64,000 nucleotides of DNA. It comes from Lama glama. Taxonomy: Eukaryota. Position numbers and translations under genes: made by a program. The stretch covers positions 56,546,001-56,610,000 of the forward strand of contig CM052817.1 of the NCBI GenBank assembly GCA_028534125.1, given 5' to 3'. Positions 27,285-40,040 of this stretch are shown here, piece by piece. The notes below the pieces were generated by a model. The model made no database searches. It was not told the origin of the DNA and worked only from the letters and a program-made list of their open reading frames with translations. How positions within the stretch are numbered: position 1 is the stretch's first letter; each line of letters opens with the position of its first letter.

Positions 27285-28159
27285 CTGAAAATAAAGATTT
27301 ATTAGGTAGTACCAAAAGATTCTATTATAAGAAGGGCAATCAAAGAGAGAGGTGGTTCTCAAAACGACTAATTTATAGAATGATAATGACTCAATTTGTC
27401 TTCCTCCTGTGAGTTCAGAAGCAGAGTGCTTTTAAGGGCAGTAACAGGGGCCTCATCTTTCAGTCTTTCAGAGTTATACATCTCAGTTCTTTACGATCCT
27501 GCTGACTGGGATGAGAAACAAGGGGAAAAAAATATACCACCTCATTCCCACCATAATTACTGCTTTATTTTATGATTATTTTACTTTTAATGCTTCCTCT
27601 TTCTAGGTTACACAATGTACACGAATCATTAATGAAGCTTCCCATCTTGTAGGACTTTGTCTCAGGAGTGAGCACGAAAGTCCAAAGTGGGACCCAAATG
27701 CCAAGCCCAGTAGGTATGTCAGAGTGGACTGCAGGGGGGGTGGGTTGAGGTCAGACATAGACTGTCCTGAGACAGGAAGAGATGACGAGTATTAGGAGTC
27801 TGTGTTCTTCAACATCTGAGATACTGCTTTTCATAAGCATACCCACAGTCTTATAATGTTTCCTTTATCAAAGACTACATATATCAAAATGATTTTTAAT
27901 AACGTAATGCTTTGGCAGGGCCATTCTGGAAAAGAGCACATTCTGGGTTTTTTATTAAAAACGTCATTTGAAGGTCACAATAAAAATCTTTTGGGACAAG
28001 GAAATCACTGTAAAGTGAGAGTCTTTCTTACTGTCATCATTTAACTTTATCATGAGGTATGCCTTTTAGTGACACTTTAAGTTTTACATAATAGATTTAA
28101 ATAAAGCATAAATAACACTGCACATGGCAGTTTTAGTTTTGAATTCATTGTGTGCTGGT

Positions 28160-28350
28160 ACAGTTCAGCAAGCTTACTTTGGAGTCAGACAGGACTGACT
28201 CGTTCTAGCTTCTTCACTTAGTGGCTACAGAATCTTAAGGAAAGCACCACCTTTTTGAGGGGCTATGCTGGTCTCTCCCTGAAATGGTGTTGACAACTAA
28301 ATGAGAGAACATACATTAAGCCCTTAGCACTGTGCTAAACAGAGTCACAA
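28160..28350 (+). mobile_element. MIR SINE
   Basis: 'ctttggagtcagacagg...cttcacttagtggct...ctaaatgagagaacatacattaagcccttagcactgtgc'. Confidence 0.7.
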
Positions 28351-28494
28351 AGTAAGAGACTCCCTGTGCTCACGTGTAGGTTTGCAGGTGTGTACCTGTG
28401 CATAGGTGGGGAGCAGCACCTTCATTTAAAAATACTGTATTTTTTAACCTCAAAGAAGCAATTAATGCAAGCAGTCACCAACTTACTATTTGGA

Positions 28495-29022
28495 TATGTT
28501 CTATAAATTGGTTGTTATATCCGAAATGACAAATTATAACAAATTTAGTAGCTTAAAACAATATAAATGCATTGCCTTATAGTTCTGGAGGTAAAAAGTC
28601 TAAAATGGGTATCAGTGGGCTATAATCAAGGTGCTGGAAGGGCTGTGTTCCTTTCTGGAGGTTCTAAGGGGAGAATCTGTTTCCTGGTCTCTTCCAGCTT
28701 CTGGATGCCACTCATGTTCTTTGGCTTGTGGGTCCCTTCCCTCCACCTTCCAAACAGGAACATTCCATCTTAGGACACTCTTCCAATGTCATATCTCCTT
28801 CTGACCATAGCCTCTGACTTGGCAGGAAAAAGTTTTTACTTTTAGAGATTTTTTTTTTCTAGATTAGATCCACTCAAATTATGCAGGATAATCTCCCCAT
28901 TGCTGTCTCCTTAACCTTAGTCACATCTGCAAAGTCCTTTTTTGCCATGTGAGATAAGATGCTTAAAGATTCTGGAGATTAGGCTGTGGACGTCACTGGG
29001 AGGTCATTATTCTGCCCACGTA
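28495..29022 (-). mobile_element. MaLR MLT1C/D-like LTR
   Basis: 'aacaaatttagtagcttaaaacaa...agttctggaggtaaaaagtctaaaatggg...cacatctgcaaagtcctttttgccatgtgagataa...gtcattattctgcccac'. Confidence 0.85.
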
Positions 29023-29316
29023 GTCATATGTTACATCTGATTGGAATTCAGAATGTATGTCTCCACAGAAATAGCATTATACATTCTAGCTATGCCCACA
29101 GATTATTCACAAAACGTTCACATAATAATGTACCCCAACTATAAAAATGCACTAACTGAACAAATAGGCAAAATATAGTATCAAAACATATTTGCTGAAT
29201 TTACCTTAGAGAACTGGTACAAAATTCAACAACTCAAAATCCTTGAGCTGAAAGATCAGAATTGGGGTGAAAAGGATGGAGTACAGATGGGATTTAGAAA
29301 CTAAGGCATAAGGAGC

Positions 29317-29826
29317 TGTGAGGATTAATTGTGTGTCAACTTGATTAGGCTAAGGGATGCCCAGATGGCTGGTGAAACGTTACTTCTGCATGTGTCTGTG
29401 AGGGTGTTTCAGAAGAGATTAGCATCTGAATTAACAGACTGAGTAAAGAAGATCCTCATCATCTAATTCCTGGAGGGTCTGAACAGAACAAAAAGGCAGA
29501 AGAATGGTGAACTTTCTCTCTCTCTCTCTTCTTGATCTGGGGCATCCACTTTCTCCTGCCCTTGAATCTAGAATCAGTGTTCCTGGTTCCAGAGCCTTTG
29601 GACTCTGGAATGTACACCAGCGCCCACCCTCCACCATGGTTTTCAGGCCTTGAACTCAGACTGAATTCACCACCAGCTTTCCCAGTTCTACAGGTTGCAG
29701 ATGGCAGATTGTAGGACTTCCAGTCTCCATAATCATGTGAGACAGTTTCCATAATTTTATCTCTCTCTCTCTCTCTCTCTCTCTCTTAATCTCCTATTGG
29801 TTGTTTCTCTGAAGATCTCTAATATA
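29317..29826 (+). mobile_element. MLT2 (ERVL) solo LTR containing (CT)n
   Basis: 'tgtgaggattaattgtgtgtcaacttgattaggctaagggatgcccagatggctggtgaaac' start and 'tcctattggttgtttctctgaaga...taatata' end. Confidence 0.88.
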
Positions 29827-29878
29827 GAAACGGTATTCTTTTCTACAGTGACCTCACTATTATCCCACTGCAAGTCTT

Positions 29879-30410
29879 CATAGAAGAATAAAATTTGGCA
29901 TCCCAGAATGTTGTCTCTGGCATAAGGATTATTTTAGGCCAGTTATTTTTAAGAAACAGAAGACTTAGGAAGTATTTCTTTTTACCTTCCCCTTAACTCC
30001 TTAAAAGAATTCAGGTAAAGGGCCTGGTCCAGGAAGAGGCCTATCACCAAAGATATCCACAGGTGTGGTGGGGGGAATTCAGCAGGCCTTGGAGACCGAA
30101 GTCCTTTCTGGCTCCCACTGTCTCTTTGTGGCATAGCAAACACTTGTTTACCACACATTTGTTTTTCCATCTCCATATGCATAGCCTTCTTCCCCTACGA
30201 AGTCCCAAACACCCACCTGCCTCTCCTCTCAGACGGCATATAAGCCTCAATCGCCTGATTTGTCCTTGGGCTTTATTTCTCTTATGGACCAGTTACACAT
30301 ACATAATTATACTTCATTTTCTCCAGTTAATCTGTCTCATGTCAGTTTAATTCTTAGACCAGCCAGAAGAACCTAGAAAGGGTAGAGGAGAAAATTTTCC
30401 TTCCCCTACA
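29879..30410 (+). mobile_element. MER34/MER39-like ERV1 solo LTR
   Basis: 'ggcatcccagaatgttgtctctggcataaggattattttagg' start and 'agaacctagaaagggtagaggagaaaattttccttcccctaca' end. Flanking tctt(c) duplication at 29875 and 30411. Confidence 0.8.
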
Positions 30411-32123
30411 TCTTCCTCTGTCTCATTAGATGGCGGATCAACATGGTTCCATTTCCTCTGCCACCTCTGCTTTCTGCCAGAAGCTTCCCCACCATCCCTC
30501 TAGCTTAAGTGTAGGATATGGACTCACAGCTCATTCCTGCAGCTTGAAAATCCACTGTGAGTTGTCACTGTGAAGAGCAAAGAAAACTCAAGATTCAAAA
30601 TGCTTCTTAGTATGCCTCCTCTTTTGCGCTCTTCTCATTTTGCTTTTACCTCCTTCCATTATCTGTGATTTCAGGAGACACAGTCCTGTCTTAAAGGAAA
30701 TTGAAGAACCAGGAACCTTGGGTGGATGAGGTTTCTTATGCAGTGGCTGTGGAGGAGAATAGAGAGGGCCCAGTAGGATGCAGACCAGTGGTGGGAACAA
30801 GCTACCTAACATTACTGATGATTTCTTGGTGACCCATCTTGCATAAAAAATAATCATAAATTTGGTTTGATTTTTGAAATAACAGACTGTACCTCTATCA
30901 TTTTTACAAATGAAATAGCTAAAAAAAAAATCAATGGAGTATTTAAAGTAGGAACATCTGAATAGAGTCCACCTTCGCCCTGCACCATCCCTTGGCTGAC
31001 CCTGATGCCTTCCCTTAGAGGACTCCCAACCTCCTGCTGCTGCTGTTGCTAACCCTCAATGTTCTGCAGTAGCTCTGCATTCACTCACTGGTGCAGACAA
31101 GCCATGCTGAATCTGCATAAAATGAAAAAAAATTTCTGCCCAAAATTGACTCGCAAATCATTACCCAGTGCAGGGTTTCCTATACCACAAGCAACTAAAG
31201 GACCCCTGGGGATAAGGCCTTCCAGGTTCCACTTGCAACTGTTTTCTCCAGAGGGTTAGAATCTGGGGACAAAATTCTCTACTGAGCTCTCAAATGCACC
31301 TTCCTTGGATGTGTGTAAGTCTTTCTTTCAAACATCCTCACATGAATTTGATTCCTGGTAAGACACATCTGAATGTACTGGGAACAGCCTGGATTAAAGC
31401 TAAAACTCCAACTACAAAAGGAATATACTGGATAAAAAAATAACATACTGGAAGTATTGTCACATTTGGGGTGGTAGTGATGCTTTTTGGGATGGTAAGA
31501 GTTGGTGCTGTTTATCACCAACTGGATTCTCTTTTTGTTGGGACTTGTCACTATAATAATTTGGTTAGTTTGAACCATGAAGGTTCTTTGAGCACTGTTG
31601 TTACATTCCAATGCTTTTTATACTCTATAGTGTAATCTTCCTGTTAATTGACTGCATTCAGTTACACTCATTCAAATAAATATTTGCTAGTAACAATCAT
31701 ATGAAAGGCATACTCTTGAGGCCTTAGAAATAAAAAATTTAAAGAAATATAATCCCTGCCCTCAAGAAGGTTATAATTTTACAAGAAACTATATTCGTAA
31801 AACATACTAAAGTTAAACTACTTGAAAGATGTTTGTGTTTAGTTACACTGACAAATAAAAATTGAAATACAAAAAAGATTTTACAAATATGTTGTTAGAT
31901 GAATAAAATGGGCTTTCTTAAACAATTGATGTGGAGGAATACTCTTTTCAAAGAGAAATACATGTAAAAGAAGCACTAAAGTTTACCCAGAAACTTAAAC
32001 ATGAGACTCCTGAAGACAAGTGCAGACTTGTGTACAAGTTCAGGTGTGTTTTCAAGTGCAAGTTTGGCTTCAAGTGCAGACATGCATACAGTTCCCTGAA
32101 TTTATTTATAAAAGCATCCTGCT

Positions 32124-32815
32124 GTGTAGTGAAGAATTAACTTTATCCAAAGAGCTCTCTGACATTTGTCTTAAGCCACTGAAAAGTGAACTCTAGGCCC
32201 CTGGCCTGCCCTGCCTGATAAGAATGTCTGGTTTGCCTGGGTACTTTGGCCAATAGACAATCTTACAGTGCGACTTAGGATAGGGGTTTTAGAATATGCC
32301 TCATTAGTTTTGATCTCCAGAGGAACTGGAGACCAAACCTCCAGGAGGGGCTAGAAAATCATGAGAGCATGTGATGGAACCTCAATAAAAATTCAGGACA
32401 CCAAAGGCTTAGTGAGCTTCCCTAAGTTCCTAGTACTCTGCGTACTGTCACACACTGAAGCCAGGAGGAGGTAATGCTGCGCAGAAATCCACGGGGAGAA
32501 GACAGACAGCAGCTTTGTATCTGGGCCCTTTCTAGACCTCATCCTATGAATTTCTTCCTTTGGTTGCTTTTGATTTGTATACTATAAAAAACTTTAATTG
32601 TAAGCATAGCAATTTCCTGAGTTTTGCGTATTATTCCAGCAAATTATCAAAACTGATAGGGTAGTGGAAACACAAATTTATAGCCAGCTGGTCAGAAGTG
32701 AGGGTGGCCTGTGGACCTATGAACTATGGCCAATGTCTGTAGTAAAGCCAGCTTTGTGGAGAATTCTCCCCTTAACATGTGAGGTATGGCCAAAACCTGG
32801 GTAGTTGGTTTCAGA
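32124..32815 (+). mobile_element. MER77/MER21C-like LTR
   Basis: 'tgtagtgaagaattaactttatccaaagag', 'ctcaataaaaattcaggacaccaaaggcttagtgagcttccc', 'aaatttatagccagctggtcagaagtgagggtggcc'. Confidence 0.7.
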
Positions 32816-34353
32816 AGTCACTGCATGTGTAATTTTTTTTTTCTTTATGGTTCATGAACAAGATAAAAGGCAAATAAGAACTGGACAGAACAATATGTCA
32901 TTGTCAATTTTCCTAAGAATTACTAAGATTTAAGGTGAGAAAGTCAGTCTTCTGATTATGACTGTGACTTCATTCATTCATTTTAAGGTACTCCTGGTAA
33001 TTAATATTAAATGTGAGAGGAGAAACCCCAGGTTCTTATTAAATATTTTAATAGAGCCAATCTGAAAAGTGAAGAAAGACCAAAGCAATCAGCAAAGTGA
33101 TTGTACAGTATTGTTTCACCAATGCCAGTTACAGTCCTATGTATGGCAGGTTACTGCCTTAGAAGAAAATTTTCTAAATTATTTTATTTCCTAATTAGCA
33201 TTTAAACAATCAAGCCTGGGAGATCTATGTTCATGGAATTCTATCTAAAGAAATCTACCAAGGTAAAAATGCCCCTTTGACCTGTCCATATCAAGCTATG
33301 GGTTTTAGAGGGAGAGAAAGGAGAAAAAGAAACAGGAGTTAAGTGGTTATTCATATGTATCTTGATGTTCCCATTTCAAGACTTTGGCTAAGTGATAGTA
33401 GGCTGTATTAGATAAGTGTGGGTAAAATTAAGAACAAAGATGATAAGTTCTTTTGCCATCCTCACTTCACCACTATCTACTTTCACCCCTATATATCTTC
33501 AAAAAGATTATATTTCAGACTGACTCCTGACCTGGTTGGGTACAGACCTACCAATTTAGTTACTGCAGTCTGGTAATTGTATCCAGATTGACACTCGAAT
33601 GTCTACCTTCCTGGGTCACCATTTGGGCTATATGACTAGATGAGAACCAGGAGAGCCAACAATGGGGAAATTGAGTAGAGAACATACTAAAAGAGAAGAT
33701 GGGTTGTGTACTGAGAGCTACATAGCAGATTACCCACAGCAGGACTGAAAGAAATTCACTGCTAAACCACTCAAGGAGTCTCCAGCTGGGGCTGGAGAAG
33801 GAAACTAGTTGAGTCAGACAGTGCCTCAGGATTACCATCAAGCCAAAAGATCTGATGAGGAGGAGGTTTCAGCTACAGTGGCAAGAACATTGCCCAGACG
33901 TAAAGTGGACAAGAAACATTTCCGGGAGATCAGAGGAGTGAGGAGTCACTCTACCCAGTACCTTGTGTCTTCCATACTTACATCACCCAAACCCCAAATA
34001 TGACCTTCTAAAAGATAGATAATGTTGCAGAATACCGATGGAACTCTTTAAGAGGGTGGTATTACCTGAAGATACTATTTAAATGATTGGATTGGGCTAA
34101 GGCTTAAAAAGAATAAGAAATTTAGATTTTGCTTTTACTGTCAATGAGTGAAAGGGGCTTAGAAGGGGAAGAACAGATTGTTTATAACCTAAACAAAGAA
34201 GTCATATTTTCTCTGCACTATAGTATTGCAGCTTGGGTTCAATTTTGCAACCCACTAAACAAATGAATGCTTAATTTTGCATCTCCAGGTGCTGTAGATA
34301 CATATACCCATATTTCATACATACATATACACAAATCACTCAGAGGAGAAAAA

Positions 34354-34395
34354 ATAGATAGATAGATAGATAGATGATAGATAGATAGACAGATA
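34354..34395. repeat. (GATA)n microsatellite
   Basis: Directly visible. Confidence 0.95.
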
Positions 34396-36049
34396 TAAAA
34401 GTAAGGACTAATAAACATTTTATGAGAATTAAACTGTTCTAGATTTCTCTCCCTACTAGTTTTAAGGCCTAGTCAACTGACAGTTGCCTATTCAGTTCAC
34501 CACAGAGAATTTACCTCTGGCATGTCACATGTGCTCAGAGCAACAGAGCTTAACTGAAGCAAGCAAAACTTTGCTATTGGCAAATGGATGCAAGTCTGGA
34601 CTTCAGATCTACTGACGATGGGTAGCACAATCCTGTCACAACCAGAAATAGCACGTTACAGCATTCTGAGGACACAAATACAGGCAGACACAAGTGTCAC
34701 TGGTCCATTATACCTTGGATACTATCTTACCTTCTCAATGCATGCACCAGTTTAGACATTAATCTATCAATGGAGCACTCATATTCAAACACCTATTTCT
34801 TTTAGGAATATAAAGGCAATCTTGAAATTCTAGCATCTGACCACAAATAAACAATACTGGTTATTTTCTTGAAGTGATTAATGGAGATAAATGTGAACTG
34901 ATTTCATATCCTCACGTCACCCTGAAAGAATTCTACAATTATAAGACATTCCTCACAGTCTTGGTTATGTGATGTTTGCAATCTAGCACAAAACTGAGTG
35001 AGGGTTGTGACATACTTGGGGGTTTATTGTCTATAATGGAATGTATTATTTTTTATAATTCTTGAACTCTGAGGACACAGGCTGTGTTAGTAACTGCTCA
35101 TTTCTGTGCCAAAATACACCTTACCTGATAATGCTAATGATAAACAGTTACTTACAGAAGTGCATTATTTCTACATGCAGAATTTGTAACGAAAAGTAAG
35201 TCTTTAATCTGACCATTTCTGTAGATTCAGAGTTCAACTATTAAAGGACTCAAAGGCTTGTCTGAAGAAATCATCCCAAACTAGATTTTGAGTCATAGGT
35301 AGGATTCAAGGATTAACATTTAAGAAAAATCAAACACCTCTCCACCCAGTCATAGTGAGATTTTATCACAGGTCACTTGGTAGACATCCTAGTTTTTACA
35401 GAATCATTGAATTGCAGACAAATTCTTTTTTTTTTTAAAGTTTTGCTGATATTCTGTAAGAATTTTGAAGTCAATTTGACACAAAAATAGAAAATTATGT
35501 GATACTTTTACTACATAGAAACAAAAACTTTCACTTTTAGCATGTCTCTATAATGCACATTTACTGAAGGGTAGATGACTCAGAAATGTAGCACTCAGAC
35601 ATTGATTTCAAATTTCCTCCACTTTAAGAATGCTCAGGGGAAGTGAAACACAATCAAAGCTCTGTTGCCTTTCTCCCTCCTCTGCCCTCACCTTCCATAA
35701 ACAACCAATCTCAAAAGGACATGCAAACAAGAGGTGAAGCCCCACCTGGGAAGAGCAGGGGAATGCATAAGCCTGCATTTCTCTCCTGGGAAGAAATTAC
35801 AGTGGACGCCTGTGTAAACACTTCTTGAGAACCTAAAGCTCTGAGTAAAAGCAGACTTTCTTCCTGGCTTTACTTACAATTGCCCACTGGTATCTAATTC
35901 ACAGAATAAAATGGCATTCTTTTTAGTACAGACTTCAGACCAGTTTGATCACTAACAGATCTTATGCTGTCAGTTTGATCCCAGTGAAAACTACCTTTTC
36001 CTAAAATTCACTTTGAGACAGTACAATTTTTAAAGTCAAAGATTTCAGA

Positions 36050-36250
36050 TAAATAATATGTATTGAACACTTACGTTAAGAGTTGATGTGCATAATCTCA
36101 TTTAATTCCCATAATATGAAAATGAGTACTATAATTATCTGTGTGCACAGATAAGGAAGCTAAAGGTTAGAAAAGTTAAGTGTTTGTCTCCACTCCCCAC
36201 TGGAGCAGGACTAGGGTGTGATCTGTGTGACCTCATTCAACCACTGCCCT
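36050..36250 (-). mobile_element. MIR SINE
   Basis: 'tattgaacacttac...aatctcatttaattccc...acagataaggaagctaaaggttagaaaagttaag'. Confidence 0.7.
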
Positions 36251-38600
36251 AAAGATTAGAGGCAAAGAAATAAAATTGGTAAACAACACTATAATAGTCA
36301 TTTGAAAAATTTAGTTACCAAAAAGAAAAAGAGAGAGAGAGAGCAGCAGGGAAAAAGAAATAAAGAACTTACTTAATATGTAAACATATTAAGAAACTTT
36401 TAAACTAATGTTTTTCATGATTTAGTTATAATACAGTTAATAGCCTTCCATCACCTAATTAGCAAGAATTGATTTATTTTAAATCTGAGATGTTTCTTCT
36501 TACTCTTTCTTTCTTGTGAACTCAGAGCACATCATGCTTATTTTGGACACTTATACACAACAATTGAAAACCACACGGAACAAAACGAGAGAAATGAGAA
36601 AGCACTGTAAATAAATTCATTTTTGTTGCAGTCAGTGAAATATTCAACTATGATGAGAATTAACACTTTAATTTTTATTGGAAATTTTTGTTTGTGGGCT
36701 CTAATATGCTAACACGTTTAACCTGCCTTATTTATTATCGCAGAATTTTCTGGTAATGGAGAAATGCCTGGCATACAGAAGTCATTTCATAACTTTAGGT
36801 TAAGTGAATGGTATATAAAGTTAAATTAACTACATCTGTGCATTGATAGCCCAACAAAGAGTGTTTTTCTATTTAAGGGAATCTTCATTTAAAAAATCCC
36901 TTCCCATATCAGGTTTTGATTAAACCAGGTATGTGCCTTCCCCTCCAGATGCAGTTCATTGCTTTGCATTAGCTTGAAATATTTTTAGGACACACAGACA
37001 TTTATAACGAAACTACCCAGACTAAATACCTGTTCTAAGTTCTTTGCCTGGAAATGGTTTTATTATCAGTATATTGCTTTTTCAGTATTTAAATACTGCA
37101 CTATTTTAGCAAAGCATGAGAGAATTAGCTGTGGATGTTGAATAGTTCAAATTGTTTCAAGGAGTATCTGCTTTCAATGTTTCCGGAGAGCCTATTTCAC
37201 TTCTTGTTGCCTCATGAAGGGATGAAATGGTATAAAGTCAGAAATGTGTCTGTTCTCTGAATTTCACAGCAAAATAAATCATGCAGGATAAATCATCCTC
37301 GATGATGAAAACGGTGGTCTCTGAGGAACTCTTTTTACATAATACAGAGGAAGGACAGTAAACATTTTAATTTTTCATCTGAATCTATTGCTATAGGCCA
37401 TCAGCAAAGATCATTACAGCCCAAAACAAAAATCAAACTAATGTTGCACTGCCACCATTCAAAGAGCAAGAGCGATTCATCATGTCAGAAACAGAAAAGG
37501 GCGTTTCTTTAATCAAATAGGTATGAAGAAATCCCTGATCTATGGTACGGCTTAGAGTAGGTGCTCTCACAAGAGAAAAGTAGCTTTAAGAATCAAGAGA
37601 GTGGTTTCACTCTTTAAAATTTTTTTTTTGCTTTTTCTTCCTTAATGAGTGGGTATTAGTAGCATTTATATGAATTTAAATCATAAATAGACACTTTATA
37701 ATAATAATAAAGTTAAAAGAAAAAAGTGTATCTTTACATTGAGCGAGGACTGTCCTAAATGCTTTACATATATAAATTCATTCAAAATAAACATGCTTAT
37801 AAAGAAATATCACTCTAAATGTCATCTAGTACATCCTTTTGGAAAAACCCTTCTAGTAGTTGACCAAATCTAAGGAAAACAGAAAGACGGTGAGTCAAGG
37901 CAATGGGAACGTAACTCTCAACTTTAAATCTGCTTCATTTTTTTCATTCATTTAATAAACGAGAGCCCCTGAGGATGTAAACTGTAGAATCTGCCTTCAC
38001 AGAGCACACAAACTAGTAGGAAGACTGGTATTCTGATAGGCTTTCCCTATTTTCAAAAATTAAGATGATTTAAACAAACTCTCAATGTGTTGAAATCTTC
38101 ACAACAAAAATGAGGATAATTATAGATTTCTATTATAAAAGTTATAAAAAATATTATGTAACAAGCCTTCACTTAGAGAATGCATAATGATTGGCAGCTA
38201 AAATTCAAGTAACTATTGAAATATTCTCAGAAGCTTAGAAAATGTGTAGGAAAGCTTGTCAGAATTCTAAAGCTCTGGATTTAAACAGAAGAATATCTGG
38301 AGAGCAATATAAGTAAGAAAAACTGACAGGCATAGCATCTAGAAAGTAATGACAAAAACCTTTATTTCATATTTATTTTCTCATTCTAAAGATTAAACAT
38401 GTTCACATGTAATAAGCTTAACTTGAAAAAAATCTCCCTCTTGACTCTCTCCTAATATTATGAGTAACAGGAAATTGTCTTAGACATGGCTCACATATTC
38501 ATTTTATTAGGGTTTGAAGAAAACATGTCCATGTTATGCAAAACAGGAGTATGTTCCAAATCAGGACAGTAAAAAGTATAGATGGACCTTCGAGCCTCAC

Positions 38601-38674
38601 CTGTGAGGCTTCCATGTCGTTTGAAGTCACTGTTCACCTTTCTTGGCCACATCATCTCCTCCAGTTGCTGAATT
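38601..38674 (-). CDS. Candidate internal 74-nt coding exon (IQQLEEMMWPRKVNSDFKRHGSLT-G) of the unidentified minus-strand gene
   Basis: Acceptor 'ttgcatctgtcctctcag|A' and donor 'CAG|gtgagg'. Only one frame is open (phase 2 in, phase 1 out), and it joins in frame to the terminal exon at 27284. Confidence 0.55.
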
Positions 38675-39744
38675 CTGAGAGGACAGATGCAAGACCAAGT
38701 TCTCCATTCTTTAAGAAACTTTGCTGTTAGAACTGTCCTTCCCATTCGCCTCAGCTATTTTGTATTGCATGTTTTATGAAGTCTACAGAGAAATGGAGTA
38801 CTTTCTGCTAAAATATTGGGGTAATCTAATGTATCTTCTTGTGAGTTCACATATGTTTTCTAACATGTTCTTCCTCCCTACACTCTGAAAATTGTGTGCA
38901 GGTAGCCTGAGGTCACAGAACCAAAAAATCAAATTGCAACATAAGTACAAGATTCAAAGTTAAGAAAATATTAAGAAACAATTTATAGGAATTTATAAGA
39001 AAACAGCAACCTCAAATCTAAAGGAAAAATCTTAACAGTAAAAGCAGAAAGACAATGCGAAGTTGGTAATCAACATTCACCAAGTGGCAGGGGAACCAGA
39101 ACATCATCAAAGATGATGGATGAACTTCAGATAATTGCATGGGTGAGTTTTAAATTTAAGACAATGAAATCTGAGGGGCTGAATTTTGTAAAAGTTTGGG
39201 CAGTTAGCACACAGATTATTTATGACTGTTAAAAAAAACATTTTGGACCATTTGTTACTGAGACAGGAAAACATGAATAACTTAATAAAAAATACATAAT
39301 CTAAACAGGATTCGAGCAAAATATCTCTGCAACATAAGGATACACTCAAATAGACCTTAGTCAAGAGTCATTAGAATTAAAAGCATAATTTTTGACTGGT
39401 GAAGTGTAAGAGAAACACACTTAAGAAAATGAGATTTAAAAATGATATGTTATTCCTCACATTCAAGGCCTCTGTAGATGCTGTGTTTTCTTGAATGTTT
39501 ATCTTTGAGATGGGAGTGTGGGCAGAAAGCAGAAGTTTTGTTTTTGGTTTTTTTTGTGTGTTTTTTTTTTCCTTAAGGAGTTTCTCTTACAATGTAATAC
39601 ATAGTTAGGCCAAACTTTAAGCTAGTTTCATAATATCAGAAGTTATTCCTCCAAATTAACACCTCACAAGGTAATGGAAGTCATTGAAGAATAATACCAC
39701 ATCCAAATTTGTTAGAAATCCTTTGCTGTAATAACAGAAAATTT

Positions 39745-40040
39745 TAAGGGCGCTGAAATTACTCTGTGATACTGCAATGGTGGGTACATGGTATTATACA
39801 TTCGTCCAAACTCATAGAATGTACAATACCAAGAGTGAACACTAATGTAAACAATGGACTTGGGGAGGTACTGATGTGTCAATTCAGGTTCATCAATTGT
39901 AACGGATGTACCACTCTGGTGGGGGATGTTGATAAAGGGGAGGGTGTGCATATGTGGGGCAGGGTTAAATGGGAAATCTCTGTACCTTTCGCTCAACTCT
40001 GCTGTCAACCTAAAACTGCTCCAGAAAATGAAGTCCGTTT
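39745..40040 (+). mobile_element. L1MC-type 3' UTR fragment
   Basis: 'gtccaaactcatagaatgtacaataccaagagtgaacactaatgtaaac...gggaaatctctgtacctttcgctcaactctgctgtcaacctaaaactgctc'. Confidence 0.88.

Noticed and set aside
32017..32088. Regularly spaced repeat as a CRISPR-like array
   Set aside because: 8-nt repeats with 10-nt spacers in mammalian DNA and no cas genes; a degenerate minisatellite explains it.
34731..34792. Possible extra minus-strand exon (VFEYECSIDRLMSKLVHALR, donor AAG|gtaaga, phase-2 end)
   Set aside because: The acceptor 'cctaaaagaaatag' lacks a pyrimidine tract, and its phase-0 start does not fit the upstream candidate exons.
37300..37324. TGATGA...CTGA resembling C/D snoRNA boxes
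   Set aside because: The boxes are only ~13 nt apart and there is no convincing terminal stem; far too short.
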